DNA of 47,730 bases from an uncultured archaeon (GTDB taxonomy: Archaea; Asgardarchaeota; Lokiarchaeia; Sigyniarchaeales; SOKP01). Both the position numbers and the translations under genes were made by a program. Each line of letters starts with the position of its first letter. Within the stretch, counting starts at the first letter, position 1. The notes beneath the pieces were generated by a model that was not told where the DNA came from, made no database searches, and saw nothing but the letters and a program-made list of their open reading frames with translations. Of this stretch, positions 37,281 to 47,730 are shown piece after piece. The DNA is taken from assembly GCA_964632315.1 (NCBI GenBank), contig CAZWEM010000037.1, forward strand, positions 1 through 47,730, written 5' to 3'.

Positions 37281-39704
37281 ATGAAAAGAGATACTCAATC
37301 AGAAAATACAATTCAAGAATCATATGGCTCCATATCATTAGAACCGAAAGGAGATTTCATCGCAGGATCATTTTCTACTATAATTCTTACCTATACTGCT
37401 GGAAAGTATGGAATGGATGATCTTGGCGGTCTAAAGATCTTTTTCCGTTTTGCTTGTGATCAAAGTCCTCTCCAAATGGAAGATCCAAAAGGACTTGGCT
37501 ATACAACCGCGACTGCTTCTAATGGAGCAAATGTTTTCTTATCGTATTCTTCTCGAGAAGGCAAACGTCCTTGGTATAAAATGCTTAGAGTAAGAATTGC
37601 TGGGAAAGGTCTAAAAGAAGGTGAGTTCATTAGGATTAAGATTGGCAATAAAGAATATGGATCTCTTAGTATTCGACTTCAAACTTTCTGTGAACCATCA
37701 TTCGAGTTTCCTACTCACGCTGATGTTTTTTCAACAAATGGCTTTATTCCTTTAAAAAGTCCTAAAATTTCTATTGTTAGCGGACCGGTTGAAAGATGGA
37801 AAGCTATTATCCCTACCTTAGGAATAGTGGGGGAGAAATTCGACCTAAAAATACGAGCTGAAGATAAATGGGGAAATCCCTCTGATAAAGCAGATTGTAA
37901 GTTGATATTTAAACCATCACATCTGATAAAGGGACTTCCAAATTTATATAAGGTCAACAAGGGACAATTAAGTCACATAATCAAGGGATTAGAAATCCAA
38001 AATCTCCAACCAGTACATTCTTTTAAAGATTTAATAGTTTCCATAGTAATTTATGATTCTAATTCAAATTTTCTTACCAAAACAAATCCTCTTATGATAA
38101 AAACAGAATCTCCATTCAAACATTTTTGGGGAGACATTCATGGACAATCAGAAGAAACTATCGGAACTAACACTGCTGAATCTTACTTTAAGTTTGGTCG
38201 AGATATTGCCTATTTAGATATAATAGGTCATCAAGCAAATGGTTTTCAAGTAACTAAACAGTTATGGGAGCATTTTAACTATCTATCAGAGAAATATTAT
38301 GAACCCCATAAATTTGTAACACTATTTGGGTATGAATATTCCGCAAATACTGCTTTGGGTGGGGATAGAAATGTCTATTTTCTTAAACCGCATCAGCAAA
38401 TCTACCGTTCATCACATGCCTTAATTCAGGGAGAGAACGACCAAGAATCTGATTGTATATCTGTATCAAAATTATTTTATGCACTTCATGAACATAATCC
38501 TAATGCTACTGAGACTGTTCTAGTAATTCCTCATGTAGGGGGAAGGTATGCAGATATCCGAAACTATCATGATGAAACACTTGAACATTCAATTGAAATC
38601 CATTCAGAATGGGGAACATTTGAATGGTTATTATTTGATGCATTTGAAATGGGTTATCGAATGGGTATTGTTGCTTCCAGTGATGATCATAAAGGAAGAC
38701 CAGGTGTTGCTTATCCTGGAGCATCAAAATTCGGGACATGTGGAGGATTAACTTGTTTTCTTTCTTCGGAGTTAACTCGCGAAAACATTTTCCAATCTTT
38801 AAAGCACCGGCATCATTATGCTACCACTGGTGAGAGAATATTTTTAGAATTAAATGGAAAATTAAACCATGATTGTATTTATTATGAGAAAGATCCTTCT
38901 ATTCATCCCATGTTAAAAAGAAAGAAAAATTTTGCACAAATGGGAGATATTTTTGGTATCCCTAATGATCTTGAAGTAATATTTACTTTATCTGCGGTAA
39001 TTGCTAGCTCATCTCCTATAGAACGATTGGAATTGTTTAATGGTACTCAACTCATTGCAACTATTAGACCTTATTTATATTCCTCACAAGAATTGGAAAA
39101 TGTTCCTATAGAAGTAACTCTGAATGATCATAAAGTTAAATTGGAGCCTAATTTAGGTTTTCCGATTGAAAAATTATCTCAAATAAGAGTTAGGTGGGAA
39201 GGAGCAGAATTTCGTGCTCGAATGAGGAATTCTTCTTGGAAGGGATATGCTGAATTTGAGAATAATAAAATAATTAAATATCGCTCATTCAATTTCTGGA
39301 ATGAGGATGCCCCTCTGTTGTACAAGCAAGAAAATAAATTGCTTTGGGATACTTATACTTCTGGAAATATTCAAGGTTTTGACGTTCAACTTTTAGATCC
39401 CTTTAATGGGAATTTAATCTTCCAAACATCACAAATTAATTTTAAAATTCCAATTTCTTCAATTGGAATTGAAGATACCCTTTTTGTAATCGGGGGTGTT
39501 GGGAAACAAGTTCAAGTTTATCGATATCCCCCTTATAATCCTCAAAATTCATTTAATTTCATAATTGATATTCCTTTAAAACCAGAAGCATCTAAAGATG
39601 AATCAATTTTTGTAAAAGTGACTTTAGAAAATGGCCATCAAGCATGGTCAAGTCCAATTTATTTTATAAAAGAAAATCCGAGTACAAAGAGTAAGATGCA
39701 ATAA
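37281..39704 (+). CDS. DUF3604-like PHP/amidohydrolase-fold protein
   Basis: WGDIHGQS, GYEYS, IPHVGG, SDDHKGRPG, YATTG, AWSSPI. Confidence 0.8.
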   Translation: MKRDTQSENTIQESYGSISLEPKGDFIAGSFSTIILTYTAGKYGMDDLGGLKIFFRFACDQSPLQMEDPKGLGYTTATASNGANVFLSYSSREGKRPWYKMLRVRIAGKGLKEGEFIRIKIGNKEYGSLSIRLQTFCEPSFEFPTHADVFSTNGFIPLKSPKISIVSGPVERWKAIIPTLGIVGEKFDLKIRAEDKWGNPSDKADCKLIFKPSHLIKGLPNLYKVNKGQLSHIIKGLEIQNLQPVHSFKDLIVSIVIYDSNSNFLTKTNPLMIKTESPFKHFWGDIHGQSEETIGTNTAESYFKFGRDIAYLDIIGHQANGFQVTKQLWEHFNYLSEKYYEPHKFVTLFGYEYSANTALGGDRNVYFLKPHQQIYRSSHALIQGENDQESDCISVSKLFYALHEHNPNATETVLVIPHVGGRYADIRNYHDETLEHSIEIHSEWGTFEWLLFDAFEMGYRMGIVASSDDHKGRPGVAYPGASKFGTCGGLTCFLSSELTRENIFQSLKHRHHYATTGERIFLELNGKLNHDCIYYEKDPSIHPMLKRKKNFAQMGDIFGIPNDLEVIFTLSAVIASSSPIERLELFNGTQLIATIRPYLYSSQELENVPIEVTLNDHKVKLEPNLGFPIEKLSQIRVRWEGAEFRARMRNSSWKGYAEFENNKIIKYRSFNFWNEDAPLLYKQENKLLWDTYTSGNIQGFDVQLLDPFNGNLIFQTSQINFKIPISSIGIEDTLFVIGGVGKQVQVYRYPPYNPQNSFNFIIDIPLKPEASKDESIFVKVTLENGHQAWSSPIYFIKENPSTKSKMQ

Positions 39705-39772
39705 AAGGTAATATATTTAAATTTTAAACTTTATTATGAGTAATTAAGTTTTCTTAAGGAGATTTTCACAAA

Positions 39773-41149
39773 ATGAGTGAGCAAGAAAAAGCTGTACCGT
39801 TAAAGATAAAAATTTCTTTTGCATTAGGAAACATTGGTGGATTAGCAATTGGGCAATCCTCGATCCTATTATTATACACCTATTACTTTTTATATATCGG
39901 TGTTCCACTTCATCCTATAATTTTGGGATTAATTTTGATGATATATGGGATATGGGACGCATTGAATGAACCAATAATCGGTCATCTTTCAGATATTACA
40001 AAATCTCGATGGGGTAGAAGAAAACCATTCATAATGGGAGGTATAATTCCATTAATTATCTTTGGGTTTCTAATATATACACCACCACTTTCAGACTCAA
40101 CTTGGGCTGCTATCTATCTAATTATAATGCTCTTCTTGTATGATACTTTCGTAACAATGGTAGTAACGATGTGGTTTTCGCTATTTCCTGAAATTTCATT
40201 GAAACAAGAAGAACGTTTATCAATTTCCAAATACTTACAAATCTTTGGAGTACTCGGACTAATTTTTGGGTTAGGTATTGCTCCATTGATAGCTGGTTCG
40301 TTTGCTGAACCAGGAATAGGTTATTCGATAATGGGGTTAGCTATTGGTATTATAACGGCGATATCCGTAATTCCTACTATACTTTTTGTAAAAGAGCGCA
40401 GAGAGTATCAAATTCAAGACGAAGTTAAGGTTCCATTTATAAAATCTCTGAAAATCGCATTTAAAAGTAAATCTTTTCTATATTACGTGATGGTTCAATT
40501 TCTCTTACAACTTGCTTATTCCTTGGTTCTTTCTAGTTTACCATTGTTTTTTGAAGGTGTTTTAGGTTTACAATCAATTGAATGGGCATTACAACTGCTT
40601 TCAGTATTTATTGTTGTCATTCCAAGTTTATATCTTTGGATCAAAATAGCGTCAAATAAAGGAACGAAATACGCCTTATTCTGGTCAATGATTTCATTTT
40701 CTGCTGTTTTTCCATTTATATTTATAGTATTCAATCCAATTACAATGTTAGTGTTGCTTTTGTTAGCAGGAATTGGTTTGGCAGGCGTGATGTTATTTCC
40801 AACCATTTTATTGAGCGATGTAATTGATGAAGATCAATTGACCACAAAAGCTAGGAGAGAAGGACTTTATAATGGTGTCTCTGGTGTAATAGTAAAACTT
40901 TCTAATTCTTTCAGTTGGTTACTTCTAGGATTCATGGTGACTTTTTTTCAGATAGATAGAAATAACCTAAATCCTCTACATATTACACCTCTAAATGATA
41001 TTGGTCTTCGAATCTCAGTAGGATTGCTACCCGTAATTGTAATCATTATTGGATTGATTTTCTTATATAAATATCCTTTAGCTGGAGATCGATTAAAAGA
41101 GGTAAAAGAACAAGTTAAATTAATAAATGAAGCATTATCGAAGAATTAA
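39773..41149 (+). CDS. MFS transporter, GPH (glycoside-pentoside-hexuronide) family
   Basis: WDALNEPIIGHLSD.TKSRWGRRKPF, DVIDED...RREGLYNG, about 12 TM segments. Confidence 0.9.
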   Translation: MSEQEKAVPLKIKISFALGNIGGLAIGQSSILLLYTYYFLYIGVPLHPIILGLILMIYGIWDALNEPIIGHLSDITKSRWGRRKPFIMGGIIPLIIFGFLIYTPPLSDSTWAAIYLIIMLFLYDTFVTMVVTMWFSLFPEISLKQEERLSISKYLQIFGVLGLIFGLGIAPLIAGSFAEPGIGYSIMGLAIGIITAISVIPTILFVKERREYQIQDEVKVPFIKSLKIAFKSKSFLYYVMVQFLLQLAYSLVLSSLPLFFEGVLGLQSIEWALQLLSVFIVVIPSLYLWIKIASNKGTKYALFWSMISFSAVFPFIFIVFNPITMLVLLLLAGIGLAGVMLFPTILLSDVIDEDQLTTKARREGLYNGVSGVIVKLSNSFSWLLLGFMVTFFQIDRNNLNPLHITPLNDIGLRISVGLLPVIVIIIGLIFLYKYPLAGDRLKEVKEQVKLINEALSKN

Positions 41150-41180
41150 AGATATTACTAAAATCCATTTTTTTTTAATT

Positions 41181-43037
41181 TTATCCAATATCCAATTCTA
41201 CTAACCTTTTAGTTGTAGGAATTCCATCTTCATTCCATCCCCTGATGTGATAATATTCATCAAGCATTTTATCAATTTTTACAATTTTGTTTTTTGTAAG
41301 TCCTTTCTCTAATGGAAACTGGAGTCTTGGAGGGATTTTATCGTCTTTGCGAGAAATTCCGCAGTATGTATTAAATAGTCGTTTTAAAGTAAATATGCGT
41401 TCTCCAATGTTGAGAATATGTTGAAGATCCATTCTAATTCCTGTAAGGTAATATATAGCGTCAAGTATCATTTCAAAAAGATCATCAACAATTTGAGAAC
41501 CTGAAGATATGGTTTGTCGACAAACTCCTAATGCATTATTAATTTCTGAAATGTTTTGCGTAATTACGACATCTTGAGCGAATTCTACCTTGTCAATTGT
41601 ACGCTCTCTAATGGGTATTGGAGGTGTAATATCAACATATTTCTCAAATCCAGTAAATCCAGAGTAAGTATCATTAGCAAAGCCTCTCAAATGGCAAGCT
41701 CCTCTGTTAGATGTGGCATATTGTAAACCTAATGGAAAAATCGCTCGAGGATCATGCATCGGTGCTTCTAAACCTTTAATTTCAGTTAAAAATTTTTCAG
41801 CCCCTTTACCGATAATTTTTGCAGCTTTTCTTGAACCTTGACCTAAAATTGTTCCAAATCCTTCATTTTTACAAATTAATTCAGTAAGCTTAATTACTGC
41901 TTCCGTATCACCCCATTCTAAAGGAAATCCTATATCATTCTGAGTTATGAGACCATTTTCATAACAATCCAAAGCAAAAGCTATGGTACAGCCAGTTGAT
42001 ATTGTATCAACGCCATAAATATTACATAAGTGATTTAAATAAGCAATTGCTTCAACATCTGAGATTAAGCACATTGAACCAAATGCAGCCGTGGTTTCAT
42101 ATTCGGATCCTGATGCGTTTTTTATCTGGTAAGGACCTTCTTTAATTTCAATTTCTCTCCCACACATAAAAGGACACATGTAGCATGGCTTATTTCGTAC
42201 GTGTAATTTTTCTAAAACCACTTCTCCCGAAATTTTCGCCACTTCTCGCCATTTATGTAATGTCCAATTTTTATGGGGTACATCGTATAGCCTTTCAAAA
42301 TATGAGATGTTGTTTGTACCATAATTTCTTAAAATTTCTGCCATTGGAGAATTTTTAAACGCTTTCATTAGAGTAGTTGATATCTTCCGAAATTCTTGTT
42401 CATCCTTGTATTCAAGTTTTTTGTTGTTTCTTACTATTATAGCTTTCAGCTTTTTATCTCCCATTACTGCTCCCATCCCCGTTCTTCCGACAGCTCTATG
42501 GTGATCATTCATAATAGATGCTAAGGTGACTTTTCTCTCTCCAGCAGGTCCAATACAAGCAACTTTATGATCTTTTCCGTGTTTAAGAGTCAATTCCTTG
42601 ATAGTCTTTTCAGTTGTGAGCCCCCAAATTTGAGAGGCATCTCTTATTTCAACGTGATCATCTTCAACAAGAAGATATTTTGGAGTATCAGCTTTCTTTT
42701 TAAATATCAATCCATTCAATGCTTTTCTTAATTCAGCTCCAAAAAAACCTCCAGACATGCCTTCTCCGTAGCCTATGGACAACGGAGAACGTGCTGAAAC
42801 AGAGTAAAATCCTGAACATGGAAATAAGGTACCAGTTAAGAGGCCTGTCATGAATATTAACTGATTTTCTTTATCAAATGGACCAAATTCAAAAGTTTTA
42901 TGTTTCATTAAGTAATCAATTGCAAATCCAGGGCCCCCAAGAAACTTTTCTACCTTTGATAGACTTAGATTTTGAAAATTTAATGAATCACTTTCTAAAT
43001 CAACTTCAAGAATTTTGCTAAAGATTTCGTTGGTCAA
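41181..43037 (-). CDS. aldehyde:ferredoxin oxidoreductase family (W/Mo-pterin)
   Basis: IGPAGE, GRTGMGAVMG.K.LKA, CYMCPFMC, EYET, DTIS, HDPR, RGACH, YYHIRGW. Confidence 0.93.
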   Translation of the reverse strand: MTNEIFSKILEVDLESDSLNFQNLSLSKVEKFLGGPGFAIDYLMKHKTFEFGPFDKENQLIFMTGLLTGTLFPCSGFYSVSARSPLSIGYGEGMSGGFFGAELRKALNGLIFKKKADTPKYLLVEDDHVEIRDASQIWGLTTEKTIKELTLKHGKDHKVACIGPAGERKVTLASIMNDHHRAVGRTGMGAVMGDKKLKAIIVRNNKKLEYKDEQEFRKISTTLMKAFKNSPMAEILRNYGTNNISYFERLYDVPHKNWTLHKWREVAKISGEVVLEKLHVRNKPCYMCPFMCGREIEIKEGPYQIKNASGSEYETTAAFGSMCLISDVEAIAYLNHLCNIYGVDTISTGCTIAFALDCYENGLITQNDIGFPLEWGDTEAVIKLTELICKNEGFGTILGQGSRKAAKIIGKGAEKFLTEIKGLEAPMHDPRAIFPLGLQYATSNRGACHLRGFANDTYSGFTGFEKYVDITPPIPIRERTIDKVEFAQDVVITQNISEINNALGVCRQTISSGSQIVDDLFEMILDAIYYLTGIRMDLQHILNIGERIFTLKRLFNTYCGISRKDDKIPPRLQFPLEKGLTKNKIVKIDKMLDEYYHIRGWNEDGIPTTKRLVELDIG

Positions 43038-43110
43038 TTAAGTTTATACCTCTTTGTTTTCTTAATAAGACTAAATAGAATTTTAGCATTAATAAAAATA
43101 TAGATTCTAT

Positions 43111-44451
43111 TCAATCAAACTTTTCTTCCATATGAGGCTTTAATAGTCTTATTGCAACCATATAAAGTGGAATTACAGATAATTCAACAAATATAGAAAT
43201 TATAAATGGAGCAGTAAACCCGATTTGTTCCAATGCAAAACCTCCAATAATTGGTCCAATTATCGCTCCAAAAAAGCTCATCCATCTCGACACCCCAAAC
43301 AATTTACCCCTATGATTTTTTGAAATTCGACTTAATACATTCTGAAGAATAACACTACCGGCCCAACCAAAAGTAGAATCCAAAAAAAGTATTATACTAA
43401 CCATGATTTCATTGCTACTATTAATAAATAACCACGTGACTAAAGAACCTAAAGCGCTAAAAACAGCAATTCCTATCATTGGATTGATGCGATCTGCCAT
43501 TTTTCCTAATCGAGGTGCTAATAATAATGAGAGTACTTGGCTTGGAAAATAAATTAGCATCACAATAATATTATTTGAATTTATAAAATCTCGAATATAA
43601 ACTTGATAGAAAGGAGGAGCGATAGTTTGGTTGATGTTACTTGTCATGAAAGCTAATATTAATACTATAAATCCACCCAAGAAAGTTAAAGATAACTTCG
43701 ACGTGTTTTTACTTTTACGTATATCGATAGTTTCTGATTGTTGAAAAGTATCATTGAAACTTGTATCTTCGTTATTAATTTCAGAAAAATGATCTTCATA
43801 TGTAAGAGATTCATCCACATCCTTCTTAAAGATGATTCCAGCATAAACGTTAGAAACTGTAAACAGAATGAGGGGACTATAAACTATAAAAGGATTATCA
43901 GGTACAAATACAAGGGCTAATGCGAAAATTAGAAATGCTATACATGATCCTACTAGATTACCAAGTCCCAGCATCCCTGCTTGTTTTCCAAATGCAGCGG
44001 ATCGATATGTTTTATGGGATTTTTGCGATACTAATGCATCCAGAGGGCTCCAGAAGAAACCAACAAAGAATCCTAAGGTAAATAACCCTATAACAAAAAT
44101 AATTAATGATGAGAATACAATTCCCACATACATTATTAAATATGCAGCACCTCTTCCAAAGCTACCAATCAGAACCAATAATTTTTTACTTACTTTATCA
44201 GTTAAATATCCTACAATTGGAGCGCTAATGAGACCCCCCAAAGTTTGTCCCGCAAATGATAGACCTAGATCGATACCTGTGCCATTAAAAAGAACCCATA
44301 CTACAAGGGGGATAAGATACCAAAAGAAAAAAAATCCTAAACTATTCCAAAACACGATGCGAATCATTGGTATGAAATCAGGGGTTATTTTATCAAGCTT
44401 TTTTACCTCTGATCCACTTGAGAATTGTTTTAAACGGGATTTTAATGTCAT
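43111..44451 (-). CDS. MFS transporter
   Basis: GYLTDKVSKK and GKMADRI motif-A variants; about 12 TM segments. Confidence 0.88.
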   Translation of the reverse strand: MTLKSRLKQFSSGSEVKKLDKITPDFIPMIRIVFWNSLGFFFFWYLIPLVVWVLFNGTGIDLGLSFAGQTLGGLISAPIVGYLTDKVSKKLLVLIGSFGRGAAYLIMYVGIVFSSLIIFVIGLFTLGFFVGFFWSPLDALVSQKSHKTYRSAAFGKQAGMLGLGNLVGSCIAFLIFALALVFVPDNPFIVYSPLILFTVSNVYAGIIFKKDVDESLTYEDHFSEINNEDTSFNDTFQQSETIDIRKSKNTSKLSLTFLGGFIVLILAFMTSNINQTIAPPFYQVYIRDFINSNNIIVMLIYFPSQVLSLLLAPRLGKMADRINPMIGIAVFSALGSLVTWLFINSSNEIMVSIILFLDSTFGWAGSVILQNVLSRISKNHRGKLFGVSRWMSFFGAIIGPIIGGFALEQIGFTAPFIISIFVELSVIPLYMVAIRLLKPHMEEKFD

Positions 44452-44636
44452 GATCAGATAATACTCATAAAAAAATCTCTAGAATTCCTTGAGAGATTTA
44501 AAACCTGTGATATTTTCAATGATCTGTATCCTATAAATTTAACCTTTTGAGGAATTGTATGTGCTCACGTCAAGAAGAATGAATTTTCAATATCGGTATG
44601 ACATCTTTTTAAGTCTGTTGCTTAATTTTTCTTTAG

Positions 44637-45404
44637 TCAAGGAGTAAAAATAGGATCCTGAGAAAATAAAACTCTCGTTACATCCTTTTTTCTTAACTCT
44701 TTTATCAAATTCTCTTCAGTTTTTTGCTTTAAATTCAATAGAGTCCACCCATGTACTCCACCGCTAGCTAGATTATAAGGATCGTGCATGTCAGTTCCCG
44801 TTAACATGCCAATATTTCCTCTATTCTTCAAACAAAATTCGTGAGATGCGTGATCAAAAACATTTTCGGGAAGAGAATCATCATTTACAATTTCAATGTA
44901 ATCTATTCCCCATTCAAGTAATTTTTCTTGCGATGGATGATTTTTATATTTAGCCTCGATTATACTCCATGGAATATGATTACAAACGACAATTCCTCCT
45001 TGGGCATGAACATTCTCAATTACTTCGATAATTTTTTCATCTTTAGGTTTATACGGTACCCGTTCTTCCCATTTTGAAATACCTAAAAAGTTCAAGTGAA
45101 TTCTTATTGTTGTCCATTCAAACCCACTAGATATGATTATTCCTTTTTGAGCATATTCTTCCTTGATATCTAATAAGTCATCTCGATGTCTCATGTTATT
45201 ATGGTCTGTAATTGCTAAAGCGTTATATCCCATGATTTTATGCCATTCAACATTTTGCCTCACTGTTAATGTTCCATCGCTATAAATGGTATGAGAGTGA
45301 TGATCAAATACCACATTGAATCTAGACTTTTCGTAATTAGGTGGATTATAAGTAGGAACATTTTTCCATGGGTTGTTTGGATATTCATATCGTTTTTTTG
45401 CCAT
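44637..45404 (-). CDS. PHP domain protein
   Basis: DHHSHTIYSDG, AITDHN, GFEWT, CNH, GTDMH. Confidence 0.88.
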   Translation of the reverse strand: MAKKRYEYPNNPWKNVPTYNPPNYEKSRFNVVFDHHSHTIYSDGTLTVRQNVEWHKIMGYNALAITDHNNMRHRDDLLDIKEEYAQKGIIISSGFEWTTIRIHLNFLGISKWEERVPYKPKDEKIIEVIENVHAQGGIVVCNHIPWSIIEAKYKNHPSQEKLLEWGIDYIEIVNDDSLPENVFDHASHEFCLKNRGNIGMLTGTDMHDPYNLASGGVHGWTLLNLKQKTEENLIKELRKKDVTRVLFSQDPIFTP

Positions 45405-45536
45405 TTTGGTTCAACATCTCATTTTTTAATATTTATTCAATTCATTATGAAAGGTTATAGATTATTTAGATAAAACTTAACTTCTTGAAATGATTTTTGT
45501 ATATGAAATTTTAACAATAAACAGAGAAGCAAAAAA

Positions 45537-46529
45537 ATGCTAACTCCAGAACAATTAAAGGAAATATTAAAGGAAAACGTTATCAATTTGAGATTTCACG
45601 CCCGAGGCGGTCAAGGAGGGGTCACTGCATCCAATCTCTGCGTTGAAGCTTTCTATGGTTTTGGTGTTTGCCAGCCCAAATTCGGTGCTGAAAGGATGGG
45701 TTCACCAACAGAAAGCTATGTTAGACTAAGTGCACATGATGAATTGGTTAGGAGTAATGAACAGGTTTATGCTCCACATGCAGTTGCGGTGCTTGATCCA
45801 TCACTTCTGGGAGAAATTGATGTCACTGCAGGTTTAGTACCTGGTGGATGGTTGATCGTTAATACAACCTTAGATCAGATCTCTTTGCAAACAATAGTAG
45901 GAAGAAAAGATATTAATATTGCTACTATAGATGCTTTAGGTATCGCGATGGAAATACTCGGTCGAAATATTACTAATACGATAATTTTAGGAGCCTTAAT
46001 CCGAGTAATCCCTATTTTCTCGATGGATGCTTTGGCTAATGCAATAATGCGTCGTTTTAAGGGTTCTATTGCTGCTAAAAATGTCGAAGCTATTAAACGA
46101 GCCCATGAGGAAACTTGTATCTATGAAACGAAAGGAGCCCCTCAGTTAGATTTCACAGTTGATACTAAAATACCATGGCAACAAGTAAGTCCCGGTTTAC
46201 CAGGTTTCAAAGAAATTGATGATGCTGGTGTATGGTACTGTGATGAGCAGGTGATTGAAATGGGAAGCGGACAGGTGAATACAGGCTCATGGGGGGAATA
46301 TGACATCATTTGGGATGAAGAAAAATGTACGGATTGTGGAATGTGCTGGTATATTTGCCCTGATTTTGCTATTGTTAGAGAAAAGGGAGATGACGGCCTG
46401 TGGCATATGACAGGTATTGACAGTTATCATTGCAAATCATGTCAGAATTGCCTTGAGATTTGTCCTGTGGATGCTATATCAAAAAAGCTAAAACAAGGTC
46501 CGGCTGCTTGTGCCGTACCAGAAGAATAG
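45537..46529 (+). CDS. 2-oxoacid:ferredoxin oxidoreductase gamma subunit fused to delta (2x[4Fe-4S])
   Basis: RGGQG, FGAERMG, NTIILGA; then CTDCGMCWYICP and CKSCQNCLEICP. Confidence 0.92.
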   Translation: MLTPEQLKEILKENVINLRFHARGGQGGVTASNLCVEAFYGFGVCQPKFGAERMGSPTESYVRLSAHDELVRSNEQVYAPHAVAVLDPSLLGEIDVTAGLVPGGWLIVNTTLDQISLQTIVGRKDINIATIDALGIAMEILGRNITNTIILGALIRVIPIFSMDALANAIMRRFKGSIAAKNVEAIKRAHEETCIYETKGAPQLDFTVDTKIPWQQVSPGLPGFKEIDDAGVWYCDEQVIEMGSGQVNTGSWGEYDIIWDEEKCTDCGMCWYICPDFAIVREKGDDGLWHMTGIDSYHCKSCQNCLEICPVDAISKKLKQGPAACAVPEE

Positions 46530-46540
46530 AGGTGACATAA

Positions 46541-47730
46541 ATGAGTATAGAACCAATGAAGATGTTTTTTAAGGAAATAAAAGAACCAATTGAAACTACA
46601 ATGATTGGTAATTATGCTGTGGCGGGAGCAGTAACTCAAACAGATCCAGATGTTATTTGTGCATTTCCAATTACCCCACAGACTCAATCAGTTGAAGGCT
46701 TGTCCGATGTAGTAAACCAAGGAAGACTCAAGGCAGCATTCGTTAATGTTGAATCAGAATTGGCTGCAATAAGTTATTCAACGGCTGCAAGTGCTGCAGG
46801 TGCCAGAGCATTTACTGCCACTGCGAGTCAAGGCTATTTATTGATGACAGAAGCACTTCCAATGGCAGTTGGATGGAGGTTACCATTAACCATGATGATC
46901 TCTGCTCGAGCGTTCAATTCACCAAATCTCTCAATATGGAACACTTGGGAGTATACTGAAGTGAATTCTGAACTTGGTTGGAATATAATCGTCTCTGAAA
47001 ACGTCCAAGAAACTTATGATGCCGCAATTCTTTCTGTAATGATTGCTGATGAAAGTTTATTCCCAACGATATTTGTTCACGATGGATTTATTATTTCTCA
47101 CTCCGTTCAAAAATTAACTCTAATACCTGATGAAATTGTACTTCGGATGACTCCAAAAAAACCTCGTCATACTATAGATCCCTCAAAACCAGGTACTTGG
47201 GGGGGAATTGTAACTCCCGATTATTTCATGGAAGGAAGAGCAAGATTAGAAGAAGCTAAAAAACCAGTATTGAATCAAATGACAGAAGCTTTTAAAAAGT
47301 TTAAGTCTGAAACGGGGAGAGAATACAACCTGATTGAAACGTACAATTTAGATAATTCCTCTAAAACAGCTTTTTGTACGATGGGTTCAATGGCGGGAAA
47401 TATCATTTCATGGATGTATAAAAATAAGGACGTTGGATTGATAAAAATCAGAGCATATCGCCCTTTTCCATATGAAGAGTTGAGAAGGATCGTAGAAGAA
47501 CACGGTATTGAGAAATTAATATTATTAGAAAAAAGCGATTCTCTTAATGGAATGTTACCACCATTTTCAATGTCTGTTGCAACAGCCCTTTATCCCTTAA
47601 AGACTATTTTTAGGAGTTTCATTGTAGGTTTAGGTGGACGAGACGTTACGAGAGATGAATTTGATGTTGCGAAAAAGAAAATGGAGTCTGTTAATGATAT
47701 GAAGGGAAAACTATATTCTTATCTCGGTGT
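46541..47730 (+). CDS. porA: 2-oxoacid (pyruvate-type):ferredoxin oxidoreductase alpha subunit, 3'-partial
   Basis: Not in the ORF track because it runs off the window. GAGGTGA RBS, ATG 46541, GNYAVA, AFPITPQT, VESE, TATASQG, GLGGRD. Confidence 0.9.
   Translation, partial: MSIEPMKMFFKEIKEPIETTMIGNYAVAGAVTQTDPDVICAFPITPQTQSVEGLSDVVNQGRLKAAFVNVESELAAISYSTAASAAGARAFTATASQGYLLMTEALPMAVGWRLPLTMMISARAFNSPNLSIWNTWEYTEVNSELGWNIIVSENVQETYDAAILSVMIADESLFPTIFVHDGFIISHSVQKLTLIPDEIVLRMTPKKPRHTIDPSKPGTWGGIVTPDYFMEGRARLEEAKKPVLNQMTEAFKKFKSETGREYNLIETYNLDNSSKTAFCTMGSMAGNIISWMYKNKDVGLIKIRAYRPFPYEELRRIVEEHGIEKLILLEKSDSLNGMLPPFSMSVATALYPLKTIFRSFIVGLGGRDVTRDEFDVAKKKMESVNDMKGKLYSYLG

Noticed and set aside
44473-44499. 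AAATCTCT/AGAGATTT inverted repeat upstream of the MFS gene
   Set aside because: A single 8-bp AT-rich repeat without a second copy or adjacent regulator; insufficient evidence.
11422-46687. Remaining nested ORFs in the track (e.g. 11422, 12015, 12079, 14623, 16773, 17208, 17396, 21148, 23005, 23402, 26754, 28615, 28826, 30066, 30990, 34917, 35888, 36458, 37715, 38506, 38548, 40516, 43738, 44228, 45291, 46442)
   Set aside because: They overlap stronger genes on the opposite strand or in another frame, with no recognisable features.
1-47730. CRISPR array, rRNA, tRNA, transposase or integrase
   Set aside because: No regularly spaced repeats, no extended GC-rich RNA gene and no recombinase motifs seen by eye; a tRNAscan/Infernal run would be needed to exclude short RNAs.

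Overview
AT-rich, gene-dense archaeal DNA, most likely an Asgard archaeon of the Lokiarchaeia type. That assignment is inferred from the archaeal-type LeuRS, two Rab-like small GTPases, longin/roadblock-like domains, TPR fusions and a UBC-like/JAMM fusion. Most of the window is metabolic: leuS, Fe-ADH, a beta-oxidation trio, a MalY/PatB lyase, an SCP2-type thiolase and DUF35, methylmalonyl-CoA mutase, an ADP-forming CoA ligase, a putative sugar-acid catabolic cluster, AOR and 2-oxoacid:ferredoxin oxidoreductase. An accessory block at about 15.6-26 kb carries signalling proteins and small ORFs. Two candidate undescribed systems stand out. (1) The leuS leader holds three chained uORFs missed by the ORF track (two ATGA overlaps, then an 8-nt overlap onto the leuS start), each within its own hairpin. 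The first ends in LLALLLLL using mostly TTR codons and the second is Leu-rich using all four CTN codons, suggesting a leucine-sensing leader-peptide control. (2) A 70-aa peptide ending WISLGG lies directly upstream of a B12-binding radical SAM enzyme with a Cys-rich SPASM-like tail, suggesting a RiPP-like system. I recognised no rRNA, tRNA, CRISPR array or transposase. All product calls come from motif recognition by eye, not database searches.
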